This document shows positions 17,877 through 26,409 of a DNA stretch of 32,000 bases, one piece after another. Source of the DNA: Acaryochloris marina MBIC11017 (lineage in GTDB: Bacteria > Cyanobacteriota > Cyanobacteriia > Thermosynechococcales > Thermosynechococcaceae). How positions within the stretch are numbered: position 1 is the stretch's first letter; the number at the start of each line of letters is the position of its first letter. The stretch covers positions 1,710,001 to 1,742,000 of the forward strand of contig NC_009925.1 of NCBI RefSeq assembly GCF_000018105.1. Direction: 5' to 3'. The position numbers and the translations under genes are program-made. Under the pieces are notes generated by a model that had not been told where the DNA came from, ran no database searches, and saw only the letters and a program-made list of their open reading frames with translations.

Positions 17877-17908
17877 TGAGAGCAGCCATTAGAAACGAAC
17901 GGAAGGAC

Positions 17909-18415
17909 TCAGAGACCTGGCCCCGACTCATCCAAGGAAATTGGACGAGGTTTGCGTCCTGCTTTTTTGGGTACCACCCGTTTAGTATAGGTAGCCGGAA
18001 TTTGGGAGCCGAGAATATTCACCTGCTGATATTTCCGATCGGCTTCTAGCTGCTGCAGCTGCGTATAATCGACCCAATGAATACAATCTACAGGGCAAGT
18101 ATCAATCGCTTCTTGGACAATCTCAAACGCATCGCCATCCTGTCGAAACACCCGTGACCGCCCATACCCTGGCTCGATATAAAACGTGTTTCGAGCGACA
18201 TGGGCACAATGCTTACAGCCAATACAGGTGGGTTCATCAACATAAACCCCTTTCTGGCGAATCACACCGCCCAGCTCAGGTTCTAGACCAGTACGCTCAT
18301 TTTCAGTACGAAACCCACCCCCCAGTTCAGGCTCTAGGCCTGAGCGTGAGGAAGCAGGTTGAGTAGATTTTGGCGTCCCGTCGGGGACGCCAGCATTTTT
18401 TAAATCAGTCATCAC
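17909..18415 (-). CDS. 4Fe-4S ferredoxin-domain protein with a repeat-containing N-terminus and a basic C-terminal tail
   Basis: 168 aa. The core CIGCKHCAHVARNTFYIEPGYGRSRVFRQDGD...QEAIDTCPVDCIHWV is the conserved single-cluster Fd module also found in plant and cyanobacterial DnaJ-Fd proteins. The likely start is ATG at 18412, which overlaps the ycf35 stop by 1 nt (TGATG); the track start at 18415 is GTG. Confidence 0.8.
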   Translation of the reverse strand: MMTDLKNAGVPDGTPKSTQPASSRSGLEPELGGGFRTENERTGLEPELGGVIRQKGVYVDEPTCIGCKHCAHVARNTFYIEPGYGRSRVFRQDGDAFEIVQEAIDTCPVDCIHWVDYTQLQQLEADRKYQQVNILGSQIPATYTKRVVPKKAGRKPRPISLDESGPGL

Positions 18416-18798
18416 GCATTCCAGCGCTGAACCACTAGACGAATGGAGCCATCTTCATTATTGACTTGCTCGGCGACCTGGAAGCCTTGCTGAGCAGTGG
18501 TATTAATCACAGTGTGGTATGCATAGCGCTGAGTCACTTGCTCTAAGAAGCGATCAACGGACCAAGCCTGCTGCCAAAAGTCCATGTCAGCAACAAGCTC
18601 ATACGCTTCGTCTGATTTGCTGAAGCCAATGTCATAACCGTTGTCTTGTTCAATCACCAACTCAGCAGATTGGGTCTTGCCTTTGTAGCCTCTAATGGGC
18701 TGAGGGCCAGCTTTCCAGTCTAAACCGAGATCGTTTAAAGCTGACTGCAATGCAGGCAGATTACGAATTTGAGTTTTGATTTGGCTGAAATGAGACAT
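18412..18798 (-). CDS. ycf35: Ycf35 / DUF1257 family protein
   Basis: 128 aa. From memory, MSHFSQIKTQIRNLPALQSALNDLGLDW...GYKG....AELVI.....YDIGF matches the DUF1257/Ycf35 pattern. Confidence 0.8.
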   Translation of the reverse strand: MSHFSQIKTQIRNLPALQSALNDLGLDWKAGPQPIRGYKGKTQSAELVIEQDNGYDIGFSKSDEAYELVADMDFWQQAWSVDRFLEQVTQRYAYHTVINTTAQQGFQVAEQVNNEDGSIRLVVQRWNA

Positions 18799-18864
18799 AG
18801 TGACTTAATTTTTGTGAGTGATATGAACAATTGGGAGAGGAAACTTGAGCCTAAAACCCAGGAT

Positions 18865-19074
18865 TTACCATTGGCTATGGCCAACTTGATTGACAGCAGT
18901 CTGCTGCAAGGTATCTGGTTGAGTAAAAAATTCTGAGGTGGGTTGATGGCTCACCACTTTGCCAAGTTGGGCTTCGATAGCGGCAGTCACTTCTGCACAG
19001 GACGCACCAACAATACCGGTCACCATTTCTTGCACCCGACCATCTGGGTAAATGACAAACTCAAGGGTTTCCAT
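18865..19074 (-). CDS. DUF2997-like small protein
   Basis: 69 aa. METLEFVIYPDGRVQEMVTGIVGASCAEVTAAIEAQLGKV fits the DUF2997 pattern (I.PDG.V...V.G..G.sC......l...LG). It lies directly upstream of ycf35, its usual partner. Confidence 0.65.
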   Translation of the reverse strand: METLEFVIYPDGRVQEMVTGIVGASCAEVTAAIEAQLGKVVSHQPTSEFFTQPDTLQQTAVNQVGHSQW

Positions 19075-19582
19075 GCTTTATAAACCACCGAAGACTAGAG
19101 GAGCTGGGGAAGATCCAATGCACTCCAGCATCGAACCTATATAAGTTGTCTTAATGAACCGTTATCAATTTAGGACAAATTATAACAAAAGTTCTTGATC
19201 GAGAGAGTAACTACTTGAAATTAGTTTCTAAGAAGACTCAAAAGGCGTCAAGTCTTGATATGTAAAATTTTGTAGAGGCATCAAGGGGCCTGCAGCCTAA
19301 AGGATTAACGCTAGTTTCGAAGAACTAACATCCAACCCCTTTTCTATTCCAGCCCTGAACTAAGCCCTTCTTTAAATCTTGGTAAAAGGCGTAGTAGTAA
19401 AGACTTAACCGCAATATTGGGCAAGGAATACCGCCGCTCCGTTAAGACGGTAACGTAGTTATGCGAAGAAAGTCATTCATTTCTCCATTCTCTTAATAAG
19501 AAAGATAAAGAAACGTATCTCTCTTTACAAAACAGACACAAAAAGACTGCGCCGACCTGCCTCTCCATCTGAACGGAGGGGA

Positions 19583-20935
19583 CTAAAATGCTTTCTGCCA
19601 ACCCAGGGTTAACACCCAATCTGTTTCTAATTGGGGGCCATCCAGGGACTGATAAACCGGCAGGGCAAACTCTACGGCTAACCGATGGCCTGCCAAGACT
19701 CCCTGATTGACGAGAAAGTTAAGTCCCAAGCCCACATCCAAACGGGTTCCTCCTCGGAGATTGGGGTTGGCGGTCGGGATAATCGCCGGATTCAGGCGAG
19801 GATCGGCACCTATAATATTGCCCCAGGTCGCCCCTTTCAACCGTATCGAGGTACTAAACCAGTTATTCCAACGGCGGGCTCCCCATCCTGTTAGATTGAA
19901 GCGGTTGCCAAGCCGATAGCTATTCCCGTTCGTTCCTAGACGAATGGTGCCTAAGGCCTGTCCGCCCCAGGACCAATGATCGGATTGGCCTAAATAGGTG
20001 ATCCCAGGGTGTAAATCAAAAGTGCCTGATCCCAACTGCATGGGATAGGGAAGGACTTGATTTGGACCTGCAGGGGTATCGTCTCTGCGGTTAGTCGATC
20101 CAGTTGGGAAGCTGATCCCCGCGTTGAAGTGAATCCGCTGCCGATCTTGATCGAGAATTTTGTACAGCCCCATCAACTGAATATCCCCAAAACCATCGGA
20201 CTGAGTGGTAAACCGTGTCCCCATACGGGTGACATGTTCCATACTTTTGAAGATATAGGGAGCCATCACACTCAGAGTGAGTTCATCAGTAGGGGCATAC
20301 ATGGCTCCAAACATGTGCATGTCCGTCGTCATTTCGGTGGGGGTAACTGGAAACTGTTGCAATACTTGAGCAGGCGTCAAATCAGTTGTGCCATCTCGAT
20401 TGCCCGCCATATCCATCCGCATAAAGCGGTAGGAAAACATCACTTCGCCCGCTCCATGGGTATGATCGCCCATGACACCAATCGGTGCATGGCCGTCGGG
20501 ACGCCCTGAACGCCACAGGTTATCTGAGGATTCTGCCGGTTCCGACTTATCATCCTTCTCAGCAGACGGTTCTTCTTCAGCTGAGTCACTCTCCAGGCGA
20601 TCGGCAATATGTAGGGGGGCATCCCCTGAGGCAATAACACCCCAATCTTGAGGATGATCAACCGATTTCGGTTTTAGTTCAGCCATGGTCTGGAGGCTCG
20701 ACTTAACACCCGTTTGTGGATCATCAGAAACCTCGTTTTGGAGATCAGAGTCTAAAACAACGAGTTGCGCTTCAGAACCCTTGAGAGAAAACAGCTCTGA
20801 AACTTCTAGCAGTTGGGGCTGCTGTACTTTGAAATCTTCTGCCATGCAGGGCTCTATTCCTAGAAGAATAGCGAGGATCATGGCACCAGAAGACTGTAAT
20901 GCCTGGGGAGAACACCAAAGGAGGTTAACTTTCAA
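19583..20935 (-). CDS. Outer-membrane beta-barrel protein (transporter-like, possibly Phenol_MetA_deg-type) with an acidic N-terminal extension
   Basis: 450 aa with a signal-like N-terminus (MILAILLGIEPCMA). An acidic low-complexity stretch (ESDSAEEEPSAEKDDKSEPAESSD) precedes HAPIGVMGDHTHGAGEVMFSYRFMRMDMAG. The last ~300 aa show an alternating beta-strand pattern, and the terminal residue is an aromatic F (LGWQKAF), typical of OMP barrels. The family assignment is from memory only. Confidence 0.65.
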   Translation of the reverse strand: MKVNLLWCSPQALQSSGAMILAILLGIEPCMAEDFKVQQPQLLEVSELFSLKGSEAQLVVLDSDLQNEVSDDPQTGVKSSLQTMAELKPKSVDHPQDWGVIASGDAPLHIADRLESDSAEEEPSAEKDDKSEPAESSDNLWRSGRPDGHAPIGVMGDHTHGAGEVMFSYRFMRMDMAGNRDGTTDLTPAQVLQQFPVTPTEMTTDMHMFGAMYAPTDELTLSVMAPYIFKSMEHVTRMGTRFTTQSDGFGDIQLMGLYKILDQDRQRIHFNAGISFPTGSTNRRDDTPAGPNQVLPYPMQLGSGTFDLHPGITYLGQSDHWSWGGQALGTIRLGTNGNSYRLGNRFNLTGWGARRWNNWFSTSIRLKGATWGNIIGADPRLNPAIIPTANPNLRGGTRLDVGLGLNFLVNQGVLAGHRLAVEFALPVYQSLDGPQLETDWVLTLGWQKAF

Positions 20936-21100
20936 AACAAATCCTATTTTTTCGCAGATAAAGACAACTCGGTATTCTCGTCAAATCCTTTTATGGCGTC
21001 AAAAGACCAGCCGTCTTAGTTCGACAGCGAGTCAAAGAAAGACATCACACCTAAAAACTGAGTCTCCGGCGAAAATGCCCCCGTCACCCCTACGCCTTGA

Positions 21101-22846
21101 TTACTTCAACTGTTTGGCATAAAGACTGGCATAGCGAGTCAAACCATTCGCCATCAGCTGTTGATGGGTTCCAGATTCGACAATTTGGCCTTTTTCAACT
21201 ACAAAAATTCGATCCGCGTTCAGAACGGTTGTCAGACGATGGGCAATCAGGATAACGGTGCACTGACCTGAGGCAGGCCCGCCCATCAGATTCTCCAAGG
21301 CGGCCTGAACCAATGCTTCCGATTCTGTGTCCAAGGCAGATGTGGCCTCATCCAATACCAAAATACGGGGATTACGAAAGACTGCTCGGGCGATCGCAAT
21401 GCGCTGACGCTGTCCCCCTGAGAGGGTGGTGCCTTGTTCCCCTAAATAGGTATGAAAGCCTTGAGGAAGCTGCTGAATAAATTCGGTAGCATTGGCGATA
21501 TCAGAGGCTTTCTGGACCTGGGCGAAGTCAAAGTCAACCTGGCCATAGGCGATATTTTGGCCGATCGTACCTGAGAATAAATAGGTGTGCTGCGGCACGA
21601 TACCAATCTGTTGATACCAGCTCTGGCGAGAGATGGATTGTAGATCAATCCCATCTATCAAAATTTGACCTGCCGTCGGCTGATACAGGCGCAACAACAG
21701 ATGCGCCAAGGTGGATTTCCCTGCACCGGATGGACCAATCAGGGCCACGGTCTCTCCGGGTTGCACCTGAAAACTCAGGTTCTCTAACACCGGTTGCTGA
21801 GGATGATAGGCAAAAGAAACATGCCGGAATTCCACTGCCCCTTTAATCCGGGGCAACGGCTTTACATTCTGAGGCTCAGGATAAGACGGCAGATCGAGGA
21901 GAGCCTGGATACGATCAATAGAAGCCTGTCCCTGCTTGAACTTGTTGTAGTTTTCGGTGATCAGGTTGATTGGATCAATCAGTAAAACCGCCGCCGCCAC
22001 AAAGCTAATAAATTGGCTGGGGGTCAGCTGTCCCAAACTGATTTGCCAGCCGCCTATGAGAAAAAGTAGCGAGACTGCGATCGCTTCAATAATGCCCACA
22101 ATCGGATATTGAATCGCCTTAATCCGCTCGACGGCGAAGGTGGCCTGACGGCTTTGCCGAGCCACCTGCATAAACCGCTCCATCTCATAGTCTTCAGCGC
22201 CATAGGCTTTGACTACTGCCATACCCCTGAGGGTTTCCGTCAGGAGACTAGCCAAGCTGGCCACTTGGGTCTGACTTCTACGAGCAAACGCTAACAGGCG
22301 CTCACCAAACCAGCCAATCACCCAGCCCACCAATGGCGCTAAGATCAAAGCGGCAACAGTCAAGGTCCAGTTGAGATAAATCATATAGGCCAGAATCGCC
22401 ACTAGCTGTAGGGCACAGGGCACAGATTGATGAAACAACTGGTTGAGAATCTCACCAATGCGATCAATATCTTCCGTCATCCGATAGACTAAATCGCCTG
22501 TAGCAGCCTGCTGAAAATAGGGCAGTTCTTGTTGCTGAAGCTTGGTATAAACGCGGCGACGAAGATTCAAGGTGATATCAAAGGCGACTTGAGCCATCAA
22601 CACATCTTGGCCATATTCAAACCCACCCCGAATCACAAAAAACAAGCCAACGACACCCGGTAAATAAAGGAGGGCCTGGAGGTTTTGGTCCCCCACATAC
22701 TGGGCGGCCTGACCAATCAGGACGGCAATCATCGGCATGGACAGTACATAGACCACCGTACAGATCAAAGCGAAGGTCAATGATCGTCGATACACCCGGA
22801 TATGGGGGAAAAGTGCTAAATAGGAGAGACGAGAGTTCAACAGCAA
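21101..22846 (-). CDS. ABC exporter, fused permease/ATPase (MsbA/ABCB-type half transporter)
   Basis: 581 aa. Six TM helices occupy the N-terminal half. The motifs are Walker A GPSGAGKST, signature LSGGQRQRIAIARA, Walker B ILVLDEATSALD and the H-loop IAHRL. Confidence 0.9.
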   Translation of the reverse strand: MLLNSRLSYLALFPHIRVYRRSLTFALICTVVYVLSMPMIAVLIGQAAQYVGDQNLQALLYLPGVVGLFFVIRGGFEYGQDVLMAQVAFDITLNLRRRVYTKLQQQELPYFQQAATGDLVYRMTEDIDRIGEILNQLFHQSVPCALQLVAILAYMIYLNWTLTVAALILAPLVGWVIGWFGERLLAFARRSQTQVASLASLLTETLRGMAVVKAYGAEDYEMERFMQVARQSRQATFAVERIKAIQYPIVGIIEAIAVSLLFLIGGWQISLGQLTPSQFISFVAAAVLLIDPINLITENYNKFKQGQASIDRIQALLDLPSYPEPQNVKPLPRIKGAVEFRHVSFAYHPQQPVLENLSFQVQPGETVALIGPSGAGKSTLAHLLLRLYQPTAGQILIDGIDLQSISRQSWYQQIGIVPQHTYLFSGTIGQNIAYGQVDFDFAQVQKASDIANATEFIQQLPQGFHTYLGEQGTTLSGGQRQRIAIARAVFRNPRILVLDEATSALDTESEALVQAALENLMGGPASGQCTVILIAHRLTTVLNADRIFVVEKGQIVESGTHQQLMANGLTRYASLYAKQLK

Positions 22847-22992
22847 TTCAGTCCATCACAGCAGCTTTCGGCATCCGCCCAGTAGGATAGAGAAATAGCC
22901 CGCTGGGCCAAGCACAGCTTATACGATCGAACCTGACGCCCCCCTGTACGACGCATTGGTACTCACCGAGCCATCAACCTGACGATTGAGAT

Positions 22993-25242
22993 TTGCCCAT
23001 GACATCTCCTAAACCTTCTCCGTCAAAAACCTTTCTAGGGAATGTGACGCAGGTGGTTCGTACCATTCAAGCGAAAGCAGATCTGTCAAAGCTTACCCTG
23101 AAGCGGAATGCTCGGGTGCCAGAGCTAAAAATTAATTCCGGTGAAGGGGAACCCCAAAGCTATCCCCTGATTAGCGATCGCTATATTATTGGCCGCAGTG
23201 CCCGCACCTGTGACATTGTGATTCGCAATCCCATTGTCAGCCAGGTACATGCCTCGATTCAGCGGGATGGCAAACGCCGCACCTTTTTGATTCGGGATGA
23301 GCAATCCACCAACGGCATTTTCCGCCGCAAACGTCGAGTAGACTCCCATGCCTTGCGCCATAAAGATGTCCTCACCCTCGGCCCCGCCGCTCTAGAAGCT
23401 GCGGTCAGTGTCGAATATATCGATCCACCGCCCTGGTACGTGCGAGGGATGCGCTATCTTCTCTATGGCACTGCAGGCGTCGTGGGCTTAACCCTCCTCG
23501 TGGTCGCGGCAGAATGGCAGAAATTCACGGTTCGTCCCTTACCCACCACTAACCAAGGGCCTATCGTCGTTCTATCCCGAGACCAAACGCCTTTGGCACG
23601 CCGTCGGGATACGGTTCATGGGGAGTTGAAAAGTCTGGATGATTTTTCCCCCCATATTGTGAATGCCTTACTAGCCTCTGAGGACAGTCGCTTCTATTGG
23701 CATATGGGCGTCGACCCGATTGGGATTGTCCGGGCAGTGATTACTAACGTGGCTGGGGGCAGTGTTAGGGAAGGGGCCAGTACGATTACCCAACAGCTTG
23801 CTCGCAGCGTTTTTCGTAGCTACGTCGGCAGTGAAGATACCCTAGACCGCAAATTCCGCGAGGCCGTCGTTGCGCTTAAATTAGAGACCTACTACAGCAA
23901 AGACTTCTTATTGCTGACCTACTTAAATAAGGTCTATTTAGGCATCTATGCCAATGGGTTTGAAGATGCAGCTCGCTTTTATTTTGATAAGTCTGCCAAA
24001 GACTTAAGCATTGCCGAATCTGCCACCCTCGTGGGCATTTTACCTGCCCCTAATGCGTTTAACCCTGTCCAGGACTACAATGCGGCCCTAGAATTTCGCA
24101 ATCGAGTCATTACCCGCATGGCTCAGCAAGGTCGAATTAGCCAAGAAGAAGCTAATCGCGCCCGTCGTTCTCGCATTGAAATTAGCCCCAAAGCTCGGGA
24201 AGAACTGCAAAGCGTCAAGGCCCCTTACTATTACAGCTATGTCTTTGACGAGCTAGAGGAATTATTAGGGGCCAGTCTGGCTCAAGAAGGCAATTTTATT
24301 GTCACGACTAACTTAGATCTGGCGGTTCAAAACACGGCAGAACAAACCCTGTCCAATGCCGTCGCCACCTCTGGATCAACCTTTGGCTATTCCCAAGGGG
24401 CGTTACTCACCGTGGATTATGAAGCGGGGGAAATTATTGCATTAGTGGGCGGCACCGACTTTAGTAAAAGTCAGTTTAACCGCGTCACCCAAGCCCAGCG
24501 ACAACCCGGCTCGACTTTTAAACTATTCGGCTATACGGCAGCCGTAGATGCCAATATCTCCCCTAATAAAACCTATTCCTGCTCTCCGTTGACTTGGCAG
24601 GGACAAACCTTTACCGGCTGCCAGAATGGCGGCAGCGGCAATATTGATATGTTTCGAGGATTTGCCCTATCCGAAAATGTTGTGGCTTTGCGTGTCGCCC
24701 AAGATGTTGGTATTCCCCGAGTGGTCCAAACCGCTCGCCAATTGGGAATTACCTCTCCCTTGCAGGCGGTGCCAGCCTTAGTACTAGGGCAAAGTGAAGT
24801 AACGCCCTTGGAGCTGACGCGGGCTTTTGCTATTGTGGCCAATCGGGGTCGTCGCCATACCCCCCGAGCCATCCGCCAGGTACTCGATGCCGGAGATTGC
24901 AAAGATTCCCGTTCTATTTCTACCTGCCGAGTCATTTATGACGGCACCCAAAATGCCAGCACTCAAGTGCTCGATCCTGGGGTTGCTGTGGTGATGCAAG
25001 ATATGATGCGCCAAGTGGTTCAATCCGGCACAGGGCGAGGCGCTGCGGTTGCCTCTGGGGCTGCGGGAAAAACAGGTACCACTAATTTAGGTCGAGATTT
25101 ATGGTTTGTGGGTTACGTGCCTCGCCGCAACTTATTGACAGGAATTTGGCTCGGCAATGACGATAATAGCCCTACATCTGGCAGTAGTGCCCAAGCCGCT
25201 GCTGTATGGGGAGATTATATGCGGCAAATCATCAATCAATGA
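22993..25242 (+). CDS. FHA-domain-fused class A penicillin-binding protein (transglycosylase + transpeptidase)
   Basis: 749 aa. The FHA domain reads YIIGRSARTCDIVIRNPIVSQVHASIQRDGKRRTFLIRDEQSTNGIF, and the TM is LLYGTAGVVGLTLLVVAA. The GT51 domain has EDSRFYWHMGVDPIGIVRA, GASTITQQLAR and RKFREA. The transpeptidase motifs are STFK (PGSTFKLF), SEN (LSENV) and KTGT (GKTGTT). The track start 22993 is TTG; ATG at 22999 is an alternative. Confidence 0.9.
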   Translation: MPMTSPKPSPSKTFLGNVTQVVRTIQAKADLSKLTLKRNARVPELKINSGEGEPQSYPLISDRYIIGRSARTCDIVIRNPIVSQVHASIQRDGKRRTFLIRDEQSTNGIFRRKRRVDSHALRHKDVLTLGPAALEAAVSVEYIDPPPWYVRGMRYLLYGTAGVVGLTLLVVAAEWQKFTVRPLPTTNQGPIVVLSRDQTPLARRRDTVHGELKSLDDFSPHIVNALLASEDSRFYWHMGVDPIGIVRAVITNVAGGSVREGASTITQQLARSVFRSYVGSEDTLDRKFREAVVALKLETYYSKDFLLLTYLNKVYLGIYANGFEDAARFYFDKSAKDLSIAESATLVGILPAPNAFNPVQDYNAALEFRNRVITRMAQQGRISQEEANRARRSRIEISPKAREELQSVKAPYYYSYVFDELEELLGASLAQEGNFIVTTNLDLAVQNTAEQTLSNAVATSGSTFGYSQGALLTVDYEAGEIIALVGGTDFSKSQFNRVTQAQRQPGSTFKLFGYTAAVDANISPNKTYSCSPLTWQGQTFTGCQNGGSGNIDMFRGFALSENVVALRVAQDVGIPRVVQTARQLGITSPLQAVPALVLGQSEVTPLELTRAFAIVANRGRRHTPRAIRQVLDAGDCKDSRSISTCRVIYDGTQNASTQVLDPGVAVVMQDMMRQVVQSGTGRGAAVASGAAGKTGTTNLGRDLWFVGYVPRRNLLTGIWLGNDDNSPTSGSSAQAAAVWGDYMRQIINQ

Positions 25243-25332
25243 CAGGGAGTAATGCTGAAGGTTATATTAAGATATGTTATCCATTCTTACAAAAAACCTT
25301 AAGATTAAGCCGTAATCCCCTTCACAACCCTT

Positions 25333-25725
25333 TTGGAAGACCCTGCACTCAAATCAGATCAAACTCTAAATCCCGGCCTCAGTATTCAAAAAGCACTCTT
25401 GGTCGTTCTTGGCTGGCTCCTCGTGATCGCAGTGATCATCGGTGTGGTTTATCAAGCTCGTTTGTCTGATCCCTATGTGCAAGATGTCTTGCACCATGAA
25501 GGCACCGTTGCTCAAGGCAATGCTATTTTTCAACTCAATTGCTCTGGCTGTCATGGCACATCTGGAGACGGCAAGGTCGGCCCCAGTTTGCGCCGGGTCA
25601 CCACCCATCGGTCCCAGGTAGGTTTGATTTATCAAATCACCAGCGGCAAAACACCACCGATGCCCAAGTTTCAAGCCAACCCTCAAGAGATGGCTGACCT
25701 GCTGGAATATTTAAAAACCCTTTAA
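25333..25725 (+). CDS. Membrane-anchored mono-heme c-type cytochrome
   Basis: 130 aa. It has an N-terminal TM (LLVVLGWLLVIAVIIGVVY), the heme motif CSGCHG and a distal Met context (GKTPPMPKF). The start is TTG at 25333, and no in-frame ATG lies upstream of the TM. Confidence 0.75.
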   Translation: MEDPALKSDQTLNPGLSIQKALLVVLGWLLVIAVIIGVVYQARLSDPYVQDVLHHEGTVAQGNAIFQLNCSGCHGTSGDGKVGPSLRRVTTHRSQVGLIYQITSGKTPPMPKFQANPQEMADLLEYLKTL

Positions 25726-26018
25726 TCGGCTTCTTGTTGGGCTTGCAGAATCGCCTGACGAAACCCCAGCACAATCACAATATTAGACAGGGTCAAAAAG
25801 ACTTCAGCTGAGCCGTGGAGCCAGTCAAGATTGGCTAATGAAACCCCATAAACCTTAAGGGCATAAATGCCAGCAGGGGCGGTTACTGCAATAAACAGCA
25901 GGGTTAGGTAAAACCCAATTAGAGCCAGTCGAGGAGCCTGCCCCGAGCGGGTCAAAAACCACAGAAACCCCAGATAAGGGATGAGGGAAATAGCAAATAG
26001 TGCGTCTTTAGTAGCCAT
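25722..26018 (-). CDS. DUF3593-like small membrane protein
   Basis: The ORF is open to 26135, but that extension overlaps the upstream gene and is Ser/Pro/Cys-rich. The internal start MATKDALFAISLIPYLGFLWFLTRSG... (ATG at 26018) gives a ~98 aa protein with 3 TMs, typical of the DUF3593 partner of ycf49-like genes (from memory). Confidence 0.7.
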   Translation of the reverse strand: MATKDALFAISLIPYLGFLWFLTRSGQAPRLALIGFYLTLLFIAVTAPAGIYALKVYGVSLANLDWLHGSAEVFLTLSNIVIVLGFRQAILQAQQEAD

Positions 26019-26029
26019 GGTTGAGCAGG

Positions 26030-26338
26030 TTAAGCATCGGGATTGGGTTGGCGTTGGGACCAGAGCAGGGCCGCTACACCACAGAGGGTCGTATTGCCGA
26101 GAACGGTCATAGACGCTTGCAGGGTCACGAGCCACTCCAGCTCGACAGGATTATCAAAGAAATGCCAAGTGCAGGCACACATGGCTCCCACCAAGGCGGG
26201 CAACATCGCGAGAGAAAACCACCGCCATGTCGGGTTTTGACTAACTTCGCTATAGGTCCAGATCAGCCAAATGGCCATGATCCACTCGATCACGCTGGAG
26301 ACGTGAATAATCCAGGTGGGAATTGAGAGGGCGTGCAT
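26030..26338 (-). CDS. DUF2499 / Ycf49-like membrane protein
   Basis: 102 aa with 3 TMs. MHALSIPTWIIHVSSVIEWIMAIWLIW matches the Ycf49-like/DUF2499 N-terminus as I remember it. Confidence 0.7.
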   Translation of the reverse strand: MHALSIPTWIIHVSSVIEWIMAIWLIWTYSEVSQNPTWRWFSLAMLPALVGAMCACTWHFFDNPVELEWLVTLQASMTVLGNTTLCGVAALLWSQRQPNPDA

Positions 26339-26409
26339 AACCGATACATGAATAAGGGGCGGTCTAGGATAATCTTACAGAAGATTGGATTGGGAGAGGT
26401 CTGAAACCG

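Noticed and set aside
19075-19582. A 500-bp gap lies downstream of the OM barrel gene and upstream of DUF2997. I screened it for tRNA, ncRNA and small ORFs.
   Set aside because: It has only weak hairpins (AAGACT...AGTCTT; CCTCTCC...GGAGGGG with a G-U pair) and an 11-codon ORF. Nothing rises above what is expected for a promoter and terminator spacer.
26019-26135. The DUF3593-like ORF has an N-terminal extension (MARDPASVYDRSRQYDPLWCSGPALVPTPTQSRCLTCST).
   Set aside because: It overlaps the upstream Ycf49-like gene by about 100 nt and is non-family-like. The internal ATG at 26018 starts directly at the conserved hydrophobic N-terminus.
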